This document shows, piece by piece, positions 1-10,825 of a stretch of 64,000 nt of DNA. Source of the DNA: a bacterium (GTDB lineage: Bacteria; Sysuimicrobiota; Sysuimicrobiia; Sysuimicrobiales; Segetimicrobiaceae); assembly GCA_035308905.1 (NCBI GenBank), contig DATGFS010000048.1, positions 17,437 through 81,436 of the forward strand. The letters run 5' to 3'. The notes under the pieces were generated by a model. That model did not search any database and was not told where the DNA came from. It was given only the letters and a program-made list of their open reading frames with translations. How positions within the stretch are numbered: the first letter of the stretch is position 1; every line of letters begins with the position of its first letter. The position numbers were made by a program, and so were the translations under genes.

Positions 1-333
1 GGTGCGGCCTCCACGGGAGTCTACGTCACGTCGACCCCGCTGCCCCAGGATCAGGCGACCGCCAAGTCGTTCATTACCCGGTACACGGCCCGGTGGAAGC
101 AGGATCCGGGTCCGTACTCCGCTCTCGAGTATGACTCCGTCGGCGTGGTGATCAACGCGATGCAGCGCGCGAAGAGCGCGGACCGGGCGGCGATCATCAA
201 GTCCCTCCATCAGACCGACGCCTTCTCCGGCGCGACCGGCAAGATCACCTTCGATCAGAAGGGCGACCGGAAGCAGGTGCTCTACATCACGTACATGATT
301 AAGGGCGACAAGTTCGTGCCCACCGGAATGTGA
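1..333 (+). CDS. livK: Branched-chain amino acid ABC transporter substrate-binding protein (5'-truncated by window edge)
   Basis: Frame 1 is open from base 1 (GAASTGVYVT...GPYSALEYDSVGVV...FSGATGKITFDQKGDR), a typical LivJ/K C-terminus; lies upstream of livHMGF-like genes. Confidence 0.85.
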   Translation, partial: GAASTGVYVTSTPLPQDQATAKSFITRYTARWKQDPGPYSALEYDSVGVVINAMQRAKSADRAAIIKSLHQTDAFSGATGKITFDQKGDRKQVLYITYMIKGDKFVPTGM

Positions 334-349
334 GGTCTCCGTAGTGCTG

Positions 350-379
350 CGGGGCCGCCCCCGACATGGGGCGGCCCCG
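350..379 (+). terminator. 12-bp GC hairpin between the binding-protein and permease genes (partial terminator or mRNA stabiliser)
   Basis: CGGGGCCGCCCC-cgacat-GGGGCGGCCCCG followed by TTTG. Confidence 0.6.
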
Positions 380-424
380 TTTGCGCTCCGCGGCCCGCGG
401 CAAGCGGGACCACCGTCCTAATCC

Positions 425-1320
<896 letters not shown>

Positions 1321-1324
<4 letters not shown>

Positions 1325-2382
1325 AGACCCGTTCCGTCGCCCTGGCCCGCCCCGCGCAGACGGGGTCCCGGCCGCTGTATCTGGCCGGGCTGACCGCGGC
1401 GGCCGTCGTGGCCGCGATCGCGCTGCCCGCGTTCGGCGACGCCTATCTGATCGACGTCGGCACGCTGGTGCTCGTCTACGTCATGCTCGGACTCGGCCTC
1501 AACATCGTCGTCGGGTTTGCCGGCCTGCTGGACCTCGGCTACGCGGCGTTCTTCGCGATCGGCGCCTACACGACCGCGTACTTCATGGTCAACACGCACA
1601 TGTCGTTCTGGCTGACCCTGCCGATCGCCGCCTGCTTCACCGGGGTCTCCGGCGTCATCATCGGCGCGCCCACGCTCAGAATGCGCAGCGACTATCTGGC
1701 GATCGTCACCCTCGGCTTCGGGGAGATCGTCCGCATCGCCGCCACGAACTTCACGTTTACCGGCGGGCCGGAGGGCATCTACGGCATCCCCCACGCGGCG
1801 CTGGGCGCCCTCGTCATCCGGACGCCCCGGGCGCTGTACTTTCTCGGCATGGCGTTCGCGCTCGTCGTCCTCGTCGGCGGTTACAACCTGTCGACGTCGC
1901 GGCTGGGCCGTGCCTGGCTCGCCATCCGGGAAGACGAGTCCGCCGCCCAGGCGACCGGCATCAACACCGTCTACTTCAAGCTGCTGGCCTACGTCCTCGG
2001 GGCCGTCTTCGCCGGCGCGGCCGGTTCGTTCTTCGCCGTGAAACTCACGGCGATCAACCCGTCGAGCTTCACGTTCATTCAATCCGTGACGATCCTCATG
2101 GCCATCATCCTCGGCGGCCGCGGGAGCCTGCCGGGGGTGATCCTGGGCGCCGCGGTGATCGTCGTGCTGCCGGAAGTGCTGCGCGCGTTCGACCAGGTCC
2201 GCATGCTCGCGTTTGGGATCGGGCTCATCGCGATGATGCTGCTGCGGCCCCAGGGACTGTGGCCCAGCCGGTACGGCCGGATCGAGGCGCGCGAAGTCGC
2301 GGAGTCGGAGGCGGAGGCCGCGGCCGGCGTCGCCGCCGGCGCCGCGGTCGTGGACTCGGCGGCGCCCGGGGCGTCCTCATGA
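1321..2382 (+). CDS. livM: Branched-chain amino acid ABC transporter permease
   Basis: GTG at 1321 overlaps the livH stop; LGLNIVVGFAGLLDLGYAAFFAIGAY and LRSDYLAIVTLGFGEI motifs. Confidence 0.95.
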
Positions 2383-3176
2383 GCGCGTCCCCGGCGGCCG
2401 TCGTGACCGGCGCGATTTTGGCCGTCGACCATCTCACGATGCGGTTCGGCGGCCTGGTCGCCGTCTCGGACGTCTCGTTTGCCGTGAAGCCCCGGGAGAT
2501 TCTGAGCATCATCGGTCCCAACGGCGCCGGGAAGACGACCGTGTTCAACTGCATCACGGGCTTCCTGCGCCCGACGTCGGGCCGCATCACGTTCGAGGGC
2601 AAGGACCTCACCGGGCTGCGCCCCGACCTCGTGGTCAGGCACGGGATCGCCCGCACGTTTCAGATGATCCGCCTGTTCCCCGATCTCGGCGTGGATGAGA
2701 ACGTGATGATCGGCCTCCACGGCCGCATCCGCGCCGGCACGCTCGACTCGCTGCTGCACACCCCGCTGCACCGTCGGGAGGAGGCGTGGGTGCGCGACGA
2801 GACGCGCAAGGGCCTGGCGTTCGTCGCCCTGGAGGCTCACGCGCGCCGGCAGGCGCGCGAGCTGGCCTACGGCAACCAACGCCGTCTCGAGATTGCCCGG
2901 GCGCTCGCCACGGGGCCGCGTCTCCTGATCCTGGACGAGCCGGCGAGCGGCATGAACCCCGCGGAAAAGGCCGGGCTCGTCCGGCTCGTCGGGCAGATCC
3001 GCGACTCCGGGGTGACCGTGCTGCTGATCGAGCACGACATGAGCGTCGTCATGGGCATCAGCGACCGGATCATCGTGCTGGACCACGGCGTCCAGATCGC
3101 GGAGGGCGTCCCGGACGAGATCCAGCGGGACCCGAAGGTGATCGAAGCCTACCTCGGCCGGGAGGACGCGGAGTGA
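2379..3176 (+). CDS. livG: ABC transporter ATP-binding protein
   Basis: ATGA overlap; Walker A GPNGAGKT, LAYGNQRRLEIARAL, LDEPASG, IEHDM. Confidence 0.95.
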   Translation: MSASPAAVVTGAILAVDHLTMRFGGLVAVSDVSFAVKPREILSIIGPNGAGKTTVFNCITGFLRPTSGRITFEGKDLTGLRPDLVVRHGIARTFQMIRLFPDLGVDENVMIGLHGRIRAGTLDSLLHTPLHRREEAWVRDETRKGLAFVALEAHARRQARELAYGNQRRLEIARALATGPRLLILDEPASGMNPAEKAGLVRLVGQIRDSGVTVLLIEHDMSVVMGISDRIIVLDHGVQIAEGVPDEIQRDPKVIEAYLGREDAE

Positions 3177-3895
3177 GCCTGCTCGAGGTGCGGGATCTCG
3201 TCACCGCGTACGGCAGCATCGAGGCGCTGCACGGGCCGTCCTTCCATGTCGAGGAGGGCGAGATCGTGGCGCTCCTCGGGGCCAACGGCGCGGGTAAGAC
3301 GACCGCGCTGCGCACGATCTCGGGCCTCTTGCGCCCGCGCTCGGGCGAGGTGCGCTTCGCGGGGCGGCGGATCGACACGCAGCCGGCGCACGAGATCGTG
3401 CGAGCGGGCCTGACGCAGGTGCCGGAGGGACGCTGGATCTTCACCCTGATGACCGTCGAAGAGAATTTGCGGCTGGGCGCCTACGTTGAATCCGGCGTCC
3501 CGCGGGCCGGTCTCGACCGCGTCTATGCTTTGTTCCCGCGCCTCGCGGAGCGGCGCACCCAGCTCGCCGGTACCTTGTCCGGCGGCGAGCAGCAGATGCT
3601 GGCGATGGCGCGCGCGCTCATGACGAGGCCGCGTATGCTCCTGCTGGACGAGCCGTCGATGGGCTTGGCGCCCGTGCTGGTCCATCTCATCTTTCAGAAG
3701 ATCGGCGAGATCAACCGCGAGGGAACGACGGTCCTCCTCGTGGAGCAGAACGCCAACGCCGCGCTGCGCCTCGCCAAGCGGGCGTACGTGTTGGAAAACG
3801 GCCGCGTGGCTCTCGAGGGGCCGGCCGCGGAGCTGGCGCGCAACGAGGCGGTCCGCCGCGCCTACCTTGGCATCGGCAGCCGGCCGACCGCCTGA
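3173..3895 (+). CDS. livF: ABC transporter ATP-binding protein
   Basis: GTGA overlap; GANGAGKT, LSGGEQQMLA, LLDEPS, VEQN. Confidence 0.95.
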   Translation: MSLLEVRDLVTAYGSIEALHGPSFHVEEGEIVALLGANGAGKTTALRTISGLLRPRSGEVRFAGRRIDTQPAHEIVRAGLTQVPEGRWIFTLMTVEENLRLGAYVESGVPRAGLDRVYALFPRLAERRTQLAGTLSGGEQQMLAMARALMTRPRMLLLDEPSMGLAPVLVHLIFQKIGEINREGTTVLLVEQNANAALRLAKRAYVLENGRVALEGPAAELARNEAVRRAYLGIGSRPTA

Positions 3896-3957
3896 CGGCG
3901 GACTGTCCGGCCACCATGAAATTAAAGCGGACCGGCGGCTGATTGCGGAGGTCTTCG

Positions 3958-4794
3958 ATGCCCGAACCCCCAGCACTGTACGATCGCGGTCCCGGTACGC
4001 CGCTCGACGTCGACCGGGCCTTCTACGGACGGCTGGCCCAGGAGGTGGGGAGCCGCACCCAGGTCGAGCGGTTCGTTATTCCGATCCGGTCGGGCCGGGC
4101 GTGGACCGTGCCGGCGGGCCACCTCTGCCGGATGGTCACCGCCGACGGGCCGCAGGTCGGCGACTTCAACGCCTGGAACCTGCATAACCCCCGCGAGCGC
4201 TTCTGGGCGTCGCGCACCCGGCAGCTGTACGGCACGCACGTGACGACGTTCGACCGGCTCTGGTCGTGCCTGCCGTACCTCCGGCCGATGTTGACGATCA
4301 CCGCGGACACCATCAACTACGGGTTCGACGAGGACGGGGCCGGCTGCCACGACCTGCTGGGCACGCGCTGCGATCCGTACGTGCACAAGATGCTGAACGG
4401 CGAGGAGTTCGACCTGACGTGCCACTCGAACCTGACCCGCGCGGTCGCGCCGTACCATCTCACGGAGCTCGACGTGCACGACGTCCTCAACGTATTCATG
4501 GTCACCGGCCTGCGGAAGGACGGCCGCTACTTCGCGAAGGCGTGCCCCGCGAAGAAGGGCGACTACTTCGAGTTCTTCGCGGAGATGGATCTTTTGTGCG
4601 CGATGTCGACCTGTCCCGGCGGCGACATCTCCAAGCCGATCTTCGGGCCGCATCGCGTCGATCCGCTGTCGGTGTGCCGTCCGCTCACCGTCGAGGTGTC
4701 GCGTCCCGCGCCGCAGCTGCTCGAGGGATGGACGCCGCGTCCACCGGCCGACTACCGGGGAGGGCACGGGTTGCGTTCGCCCGAATCGGCTTAA
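3958..4794 (+). CDS. DUF1989 (urea carboxylase-associated) family protein
   Basis: GPQVGDFNAWN...RERFWASRTR, GCHDLLGTRC, CHSNL, HDVLNVFM, AMSTCPGG pattern; GGAGG SD before ATG 3958. Confidence 0.85.
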   Translation: MPEPPALYDRGPGTPLDVDRAFYGRLAQEVGSRTQVERFVIPIRSGRAWTVPAGHLCRMVTADGPQVGDFNAWNLHNPRERFWASRTRQLYGTHVTTFDRLWSCLPYLRPMLTITADTINYGFDEDGAGCHDLLGTRCDPYVHKMLNGEEFDLTCHSNLTRAVAPYHLTELDVHDVLNVFMVTGLRKDGRYFAKACPAKKGDYFEFFAEMDLLCAMSTCPGGDISKPIFGPHRVDPLSVCRPLTVEVSRPAPQLLEGWTPRPPADYRGGHGLRSPESA

Positions 4795-4796
4795 GC

Positions 4797-5666
4797 ATGA
4801 CCCGTCCCAGGATGCGTTTCGGCATCTGCACGGATCAGAATCTGCCTTGGCCCACGCTCGTCGAGCGGTGGCAGTACTTCGAGCGCCTCGGCTTCGACAG
4901 CGTCTGGGACTGCGACCACCTGAACCAGCCGAGCAACCCGACAGGACCATACTATGAGGGATGGACGCTGCTTGCCGCCCTGGCGGCGCGCACGGAGCGG
5001 ATCCGCCTCGGGGTCCTCGTGAGCTGCAACACGTTCCGCCATCCCGGCGTACTCGCCCAAGAGGCGGTCACGGTTGACCACATCTCGAACGGCCGCCTCG
5101 AGCTCGGCTTCGGGGCCGGGTGGTTCGTTGCCGAGCATGAGCGGTTCGGCATACCCTTTCCGTCGGGCGGCGAGCTGGCTGGGCGGTTCCGTGAGGCGGT
5201 CCAGGTGCTCGACAGCCTCTTGCGCAACGAGACGACGACCTTCGCCGGCAAATACTATCAGCTTCAGGGAGCTTATGTGCGGCCGCGCCCCGTGCAGACG
5301 CCGCGCCCGCCGCTCACGCTGGGGGCCCACGGCCCGCGCATGCTTCGCGTCTGCGCCGAGTACGCCGACGGCTGGAACTCGTTCGGGACGGTGGAGGAGA
5401 TTCGCGAGCGCAACCGGATTCTGGACGAGCACTGCGCGGCGATCGGACGGGATCCCAAGACGATCTGGCGGTCGCTGTACGGCTGGGCAAGTCACATGGC
5501 GAGTCAGGGGCTGCCCGATCCGTGGGCGAGCGTGTCGGCGTTTCGGGACGTCGTCGGCCGGTACAGCGCGGCCGGAATTAACGAGTTCATCATCGACCAG
5601 CCGCGCCCGGAGCAGTTCGCGGTCCTTGAGCGGGTCGCGACCGACGTGATTCCCGAGCTGCGCTAG
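4797..5666 (+). CDS. LLM-class (luciferase-like) flavin-dependent oxidoreductase
   Basis: GFDSVWDCDH, WTLLAALAARTERIRLGVLV, DHISNGRLELGFGAGW, PVQTPRPPLTLG. Confidence 0.9.
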   Translation: MTRPRMRFGICTDQNLPWPTLVERWQYFERLGFDSVWDCDHLNQPSNPTGPYYEGWTLLAALAARTERIRLGVLVSCNTFRHPGVLAQEAVTVDHISNGRLELGFGAGWFVAEHERFGIPFPSGGELAGRFREAVQVLDSLLRNETTTFAGKYYQLQGAYVRPRPVQTPRPPLTLGAHGPRMLRVCAEYADGWNSFGTVEEIRERNRILDEHCAAIGRDPKTIWRSLYGWASHMASQGLPDPWASVSAFRDVVGRYSAAGINEFIIDQPRPEQFAVLERVATDVIPELR

Positions 5667-5718
5667 GCGAAGAGCCACAGCGACATCCTCGTCACGTGGC
5701 ACGCCGCCGCATCCTCGC

Positions 5719-6759
5719 ATGACCGACAACACACGCACGGAGCCACCCGCGGCGGCCGTCCCGCCCCGCGGAGCCGGGGTCGCGCCCGATCTCGCACCGG
5801 CGGACCTCGAGCGTCTCTACTACTACATGATGCTCCAGCGGCTCGCCGAAGAGCGGGTCGTGAAGCTCTATCAGACGGGCCAGATCGTCGGCGCCTGCTT
5901 CACCGGTTGGGGCCACGAGGCGGTCGCGGTCGGCGCCGCGGCGGCGCTCGGGCCGGACGACGTCGCGGCCACCCTGCACCGGGACCTCGGCGCGCGGCTC
6001 GTGCTCGGGATGCCGCTCGGCTACTACTTCGCGAACTTCCTCGGCCGCACAGGCTCGCCGACGCGCGGGCGCGAGGGGAACTTACACATCGGCGGGCTCG
6101 GCCCGCGCATCCTCCTGCACACCGACTTCATCGGCGGCAACGTGCCGATCGCGGCGGGCGCCGCGCTCGGCTTTACCGTCCGCAAAGAGCCGCGCGTGGC
6201 CCTGGCCAACTTCGGCGAGGGCACGCTCGCGACGGGCGAGTTTCATGAAGCGGTGAACATGGCGGCCGTGCTGCGGCTGCCGCTGGCGCTCGTCTGCTGG
6301 AACAACCAGTTCGCGCTGTCCACGCCGCTCGCGCGCGAGGTGGTGGGGCCGCTCGACGTGCGGATGGCCGCGTACGGCATCCACGCGTGTTCGATCGACG
6401 GCAACGACGTGCTGGCCGTGTACCGCGCCGCGCGGGAGGCGGTGGACCGCGCCCGGTCCGGGGGCGGGCCCTCCTTCGTCGAGTGCCGGACGATGCGGGT
6501 GCGGGGGCATTCCGAGGCGGACGACGCCTCGTACGTGCCGCGCGCGATGATCGAGGAAGGCCGCCGCCGCGATCCGGTGGGGCGGTTTGCGCGGCATCTC
6601 GTCGAGGCGGGTGTGGCGACCCCGGCGCGGCTCGAGGAGATGCGCGCGCAGGCGCTCGCGGAAGTGGACGAGGCGCAGGCGTGGGCGGAAGCCAGTCCGC
6701 CGCCCGACCCGTCGGAGCTCGAGCACGGCGTGTACTGCGAGGCGACGCCGTGGCCGTAA
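5719..6759 (+). CDS. ThDP-dependent 2-oxoacid dehydrogenase E1 alpha subunit
   Basis: GHEAVAVG, GEG...NNQFA ThDP motif, RGHSEADD. Confidence 0.92.
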   Translation: MTDNTRTEPPAAAVPPRGAGVAPDLAPADLERLYYYMMLQRLAEERVVKLYQTGQIVGACFTGWGHEAVAVGAAAALGPDDVAATLHRDLGARLVLGMPLGYYFANFLGRTGSPTRGREGNLHIGGLGPRILLHTDFIGGNVPIAAGAALGFTVRKEPRVALANFGEGTLATGEFHEAVNMAAVLRLPLALVCWNNQFALSTPLAREVVGPLDVRMAAYGIHACSIDGNDVLAVYRAAREAVDRARSGGGPSFVECRTMRVRGHSEADDASYVPRAMIEEGRRRDPVGRFARHLVEAGVATPARLEEMRAQALAEVDEAQAWAEASPPPDPSELEHGVYCEATPWP

Positions 6760-7724
6760 TGACCTACCTCGAGGCGATCGCGGACGGCCTGCGCCACGCG
6801 ATGCGCGCGGACCCGTCCGTCATCCTCTTTGGCGAGGACGTGGGCGTCTACGGCGGCGCGTTCAAGCTGAGCAAGGGATTCATCGAGGAGTTCGGGGCGT
6901 CGCGCGTGATCGACACCCCGATCTGCGAGGCGGCGATCGTGGGGACGGCGGTCGGGGCGGCGCTCGTCGGCCTGCGGCCGGTCGTCGAGATGCAGTTTGC
7001 CGACTTCATCTCGAACGCGTTCACGCAGATGGTCAATGTGGCCGCGACGTCATCCTACCGGGCGGGCGGCTGCGTGCCGATGGTGGTGCGCGCGCCGTGC
7101 GGCGCCGGCACCCACGGCGGTCCGTTCCACTCCCAGTCGATCGAAGCCTACTTCTTCCATACGCCGGGGCTCAAGATCGTGATGCCGTCGACGCCCGCCG
7201 ACGCGAAAGGCCTTCTCCTCGGGGCGATCGCGGACCCGAACCCCGTCCTGTACCTGGAGCACAAGGCGCTGTACCGGTCGCAGCGCGGTCCTGTCGAGGA
7301 CGGTCTGGCCGTCGAGCCGCTCGGCCGCGCCGCGGTGCGGCGGCCCGGACGCGATCTCACGCTGCTGACCTACGGGATGATGGCGCACCGGAGCCTCGAG
7401 GCCGCGGAACGCGCGGCGGCAGACGGAATCGAGGCGGAGGTGATCGACCTGCGCACGCTCCTGCCGCTCGATCTCGACGCGGTCGCGAAATCGGTCGCGC
7501 GGACCAGCCGCGTTCTCATCGTCCACGAAGACCGCCTGCGGGGCGGGATCGGCGCGGAGATCGCCGCGCATCTCGGCGAGCATCTGTTCACGTCGCTCGA
7601 CGCCCCGATCTCCCGGATCGGCGCGCCGGACACACCGGTACCCTACGCGCCGCCGCTCGAGACGGCCTATCTCCCGAGCGTGGACCGGATCTACGAGGGA
7701 ATCAGGCGCCTCGCCCGTTGGTAG
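6759..7724 (+). CDS. 2-oxoacid dehydrogenase E1 beta subunit
   Basis: TAATG overlap; GEDVGVYGGAF, DTPICE, EMQFADF, GPFHSQS, EVIDLRTLLPLD. Confidence 0.93.
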   Translation: MTYLEAIADGLRHAMRADPSVILFGEDVGVYGGAFKLSKGFIEEFGASRVIDTPICEAAIVGTAVGAALVGLRPVVEMQFADFISNAFTQMVNVAATSSYRAGGCVPMVVRAPCGAGTHGGPFHSQSIEAYFFHTPGLKIVMPSTPADAKGLLLGAIADPNPVLYLEHKALYRSQRGPVEDGLAVEPLGRAAVRRPGRDLTLLTYGMMAHRSLEAAERAAADGIEAEVIDLRTLLPLDLDAVAKSVARTSRVLIVHEDRLRGGIGAEIAAHLGEHLFTSLDAPISRIGAPDTPVPYAPPLETAYLPSVDRIYEGIRRLARW

Positions 7725-7768
7725 CGGTGAACGGTCTACCGGTCTAACGTGTCTCCCGGCTATCCCGC

Positions 7769-8041
7769 CTATTTGTAGAAGTACGGATCGAGGACGCTCA
7801 CCTGGATGACGTGATCGACGGGGAGCCCGTTCGCCTGTGCCGCGCGCCGGATGGCGTCCGGATTCGGTCCATCGTAGATGCAGTAGGTCTTGGTCTTGTC
7901 TGTGCTCACGTATGAGTGAACCCAGGTGACCCCTTCCGCGCCGTTCTTGCCGACCACGTTCAGGCACGCCTGCGCGCCCTCATCTGTCATCGGGATCTGC
8001 AGGCCGCCGGGAAATGTCCGTTCCACCATGTACCGGGGCAA
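7769..8041 (-). CDS. DUF4242 family small protein (SCO4226-like)
   Basis: TTG start with GGAGG SD; YMVER...GVTWVHSYVS.DK.KTYCIYDGP..DAIRRAA..NGLP pattern. Confidence 0.8.
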   Translation of the reverse strand: MPRYMVERTFPGGLQIPMTDEGAQACLNVVGKNGAEGVTWVHSYVSTDKTKTYCIYDGPNPDAIRRAAQANGLPVDHVIQVSVLDPYFYK

Positions 8042-8119
8042 TTCTCGCCACCTCCGTTGCCGAAAGTACGCGCAGATTCTCGCTTGGATTCGTGCGGCCC
8101 TTCCGATTGCTGAAATGTT

Positions 8120-8884
8120 TTACAGGAAGATCCGGCCCGGATCGAGGCCGCGCAGCAGCGTCAGCTCATGCTCGGTCGGCGCCTCGAGACGCCGGACCTC
8201 CGGGGCGGCCTCCAGCGTGAACCCCGTCTGTTCCTGCACCTGCTCGCGTTCCGCGCCGGGCTGCAGCGCCACGAGCCGCATCCGCCCCGACGTCGGGTCG
8301 AAATCCATCAGCGCGAGGTCGGTCACGACCGCGGTCACCCGTCCGAACAGGAGACCCGCCCCGCGCCGGCCGCCTTCGCCGTCGACCTGCCCCGGGCTGG
8401 TGACGAAGTCCAGCCGCTCCACGAACCGCCGGCGCTCGTGCCGCGTGACGATCATGATCTCCCGGCACAGACACGCGATGTCGCAGGCGCCGCCGCTGCC
8501 GGGGAGGCGCACCTTCGGCCGATCCACCGGTCCGATCACGCTCGTGTTGATGTTGCCGTAGGGATCGATCTGCGCTCCGCCGAGGAAGCCGTAGTCGAAA
8601 TACCCGCGCTGCGCGTACAGGAAGATCTGGGTAATCGGCGGCAACGCGACGGCCCGCCGCGCGCCGCGCATCTCGTTCGTCGAGATCGGGAGGCGCCCGG
8701 GGTCCACTTCCAGGCCGATCGCGCCGCCTTCCACGACGATCGTCAGGCCGGGGGCGTGGGTCACGCGGGCGAGCGCAGACGCGAGCAGCGGGGTGCCGAC
8801 CCCGGCGAACACGACCTTGCCGTCGGCGAGCAGCCGGCTCGCCGACACCGCCAGCAGCTCGGATGGGGAGTAGCTGACGTTCAT
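8120..8884 (-). CDS. CoA-transferase family I beta subunit (GctB-like)
   Basis: VVFAGVGTPLLA, FLGGAQIDPYGNINTS, LPGSGGACD, VVTDLA. Confidence 0.9.
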   Translation of the reverse strand: MNVSYSPSELLAVSASRLLADGKVVFAGVGTPLLASALARVTHAPGLTIVVEGGAIGLEVDPGRLPISTNEMRGARRAVALPPITQIFLYAQRGYFDYGFLGGAQIDPYGNINTSVIGPVDRPKVRLPGSGGACDIACLCREIMIVTRHERRRFVERLDFVTSPGQVDGEGGRRGAGLLFGRVTAVVTDLALMDFDPTSGRMRLVALQPGAEREQVQEQTGFTLEAAPEVRRLEAPTEHELTLLRGLDPGRIFL

Positions 8885-9864
8885 TCGCCGGTCAACTCCC
8901 GCGCCGTCCGGCGCCGTTCGAGCATCCGCGCGGCGCCGAACTTGTCGAAGTACGCCTCGGCCGTTTCGGGTCGGTAGACGTACTCGTCGAGATAGGCCCG
9001 GACCCCGGCGACACCGTCCGTCGCGACGCGCTTGGCGTAGGCGTCGATGTGCTCGAGATCCACATCGTACTGGCCGTACATCTCGTGCGGGTACGCGCCG
9101 TAGGGGGCTTCCACGACGGCGTCCACCGCGAAGAACGGAATCACCGTCCGGTCCGCGGCGCGCCGGATCTGGTCCGGCTCGACGATCTCCTCGGCGCTCA
9201 GCACGACGGTCTGTGCGGCGGCGGCGATGTCCGCGTCCATGTGCGGGTAGCCGTCGATCTGCCCGTTGCCGAAGCGGTCCGCGCGGTGGACGTGGATCAG
9301 CGCGGCGTCCGGAAAAAGCGCGGGCACGAGGCACACCTGCTCCCTTGTGAACGGGCAGGTCATCGTCTTTGCGCCGGTCGTGCGCATGAGATCGGAGCCG
9401 AGCATCGAGAGGGTGGGGAGGAACGGCACGCCCATCGCGCCGGCGTGATAGCGCAGGCCGATCGCGAGATGGCTCCACTCCTCGAAGCGGGCCTGCCCTC
9501 CCTCGACGAACTCGCGCACGATGCGCGACAGGCCCCACGGCAGCCCGATGCCGACCCAGCTCGTGACGATCTCGCGGCAGGCGCCCGCGGCCAGGAACAG
9601 CTCCCCTTCGTAGCACATCAGGCTGCGGGACAGCACGACGTCGCGGCGGCGCTGCCGCAGCACCTCGCGGAGCAGCAGCGTCGGGGTTCTGGAGTACAGG
9701 CAGCCGCCGATCGCGATGTGATCGCCGTCGTGCACGAGGGCGGCGGCCTCCGCGATCGGCATCCGCTTGTCGCGCGGCGCGCGCGACTTGGCCTCGAGCC
9801 GGCGGCGGGCGTCCACGAAGGTCACGGACGGCCGGCCGGCCGCGGGCGCGCCCGGGTTAGGCAT
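8881..9864 (-). CDS. CoA-transferase family I alpha subunit (GctA-like)
   Basis: AAALVHDGDHIAIGG, GAMGVPFLP, PDAALIHVHRAD.FGN, VVLSAEEIV, IPFFAVDAVVEAP.GA.P. Confidence 0.9.
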   Translation of the reverse strand: MPNPGAPAAGRPSVTFVDARRRLEAKSRAPRDKRMPIAEAAALVHDGDHIAIGGCLYSRTPTLLLREVLRQRRRDVVLSRSLMCYEGELFLAAGACREIVTSWVGIGLPWGLSRIVREFVEGGQARFEEWSHLAIGLRYHAGAMGVPFLPTLSMLGSDLMRTTGAKTMTCPFTREQVCLVPALFPDAALIHVHRADRFGNGQIDGYPHMDADIAAAAQTVVLSAEEIVEPDQIRRAADRTVIPFFAVDAVVEAPYGAYPHEMYGQYDVDLEHIDAYAKRVATDGVAGVRAYLDEYVYRPETAEAYFDKFGAARMLERRRTARELTGE

Positions 9865-10825
9865 GCACTCGCCTCGCGCCGGGACGCAGCCGGGGCAGGA
9901 CGTCGTGCGCGATCACCTCGAGCTGCTCCGGCAGGTACTCGCACGGGATGAGGACGATGTGTTCCTCCCCGGCGCCGAGGTGGGCGGCAAGCTGCTCGGC
10001 GCACTGCTCCGGCGTGCCCCTGATCGCGCTCTCCGGCGTCGACTCGCTCCACGGCGCGACGTCGAAGTACCGGCCGATGAAGTCTTTGACGCGGCGGTCC
10101 GCCTCCTCGTACGAGGCCGCCACGCAGATCGGCAGCTGGCTCACGTTGCGCAGTTCCGCCGGATCGCGTCCCTGCTCCTCGGCGAAGCCGCGGATCTTCG
10201 CCCACGTGGCGCGGAACGTCTCGGCCGTGTAGAAATAGGTCAGCCAGCCGTCGCCGTACTTGGCGACGCGCCGCAGCACCCGGTCGACGTAGCCGCCGAT
10301 GAACAGCGGCGGGTGCGGACGCTGGACGGGCCGGGGCAGCATGACGGCCTGGTTGAACACGTAGCCGTCGACCGCCCCGTTGACGCTGTCCGCGGTCCAC
10401 AGCCGCCGCATGATCTCGAGGTTCTTGACGAAGATCCGCCCGCGCTCCGCAAACGGGATGCCGCACGCTTGAAACTCGCGCTCGTACCAGCCGGCGGCAA
10501 GGCCGAGCACCAGCCGGCCCTTCGAGATCTGGTCCAGACTCGCCAGCTCCTTCGCCAGGATGACGGGGTTACGCAGCGGCAGGACGAGGACGCCGATACC
10601 GAGCCGAAGCCGCTGCGTTCTCGCCGCGATCGCGGTGAGGGTCGCGAGCGACTCGAGAAACGGAAATGCCCGCCGGGTGCCGAGCAGGATATGGTCCCAC
10701 GCCCACGCGGAGACGAAACCGAGCGATTCCGCCGTCGCCGCGTAGGCGAGGATCTTGTCGATGCCCGGCTCGCTGGTCGCGGGCGTGAAGTTCTCCAGCG
10801 CGACCCCGAACTGCGGTTCCGGCAT
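9857..10825 (-). CDS. LLM-class flavin-dependent oxidoreductase
   Basis: GFVSAWAWDH, LTAIAARTQRLRLGIGVLVLPLRNPVILAK, GRLVLGLAAGW, PRPVQRPHPPLFIGG. Confidence 0.9.
   Translation of the reverse strand: MPEPQFGVALENFTPATSEPGIDKILAYAATAESLGFVSAWAWDHILLGTRRAFPFLESLATLTAIAARTQRLRLGIGVLVLPLRNPVILAKELASLDQISKGRLVLGLAAGWYEREFQACGIPFAERGRIFVKNLEIMRRLWTADSVNGAVDGYVFNQAVMLPRPVQRPHPPLFIGGYVDRVLRRVAKYGDGWLTYFYTAETFRATWAKIRGFAEEQGRDPAELRNVSQLPICVAASYEEADRRVKDFIGRYFDVAPWSESTPESAIRGTPEQCAEQLAAHLGAGEEHIVLIPCEYLPEQLEVIAHDVLPRLRPGARRVHA

Noticed and set aside
3896-3957. Guanidine riboswitch upstream of DUF1989
   Set aside because: Only about 60 nt, and no paired ACGR loops or ykkC consensus seen
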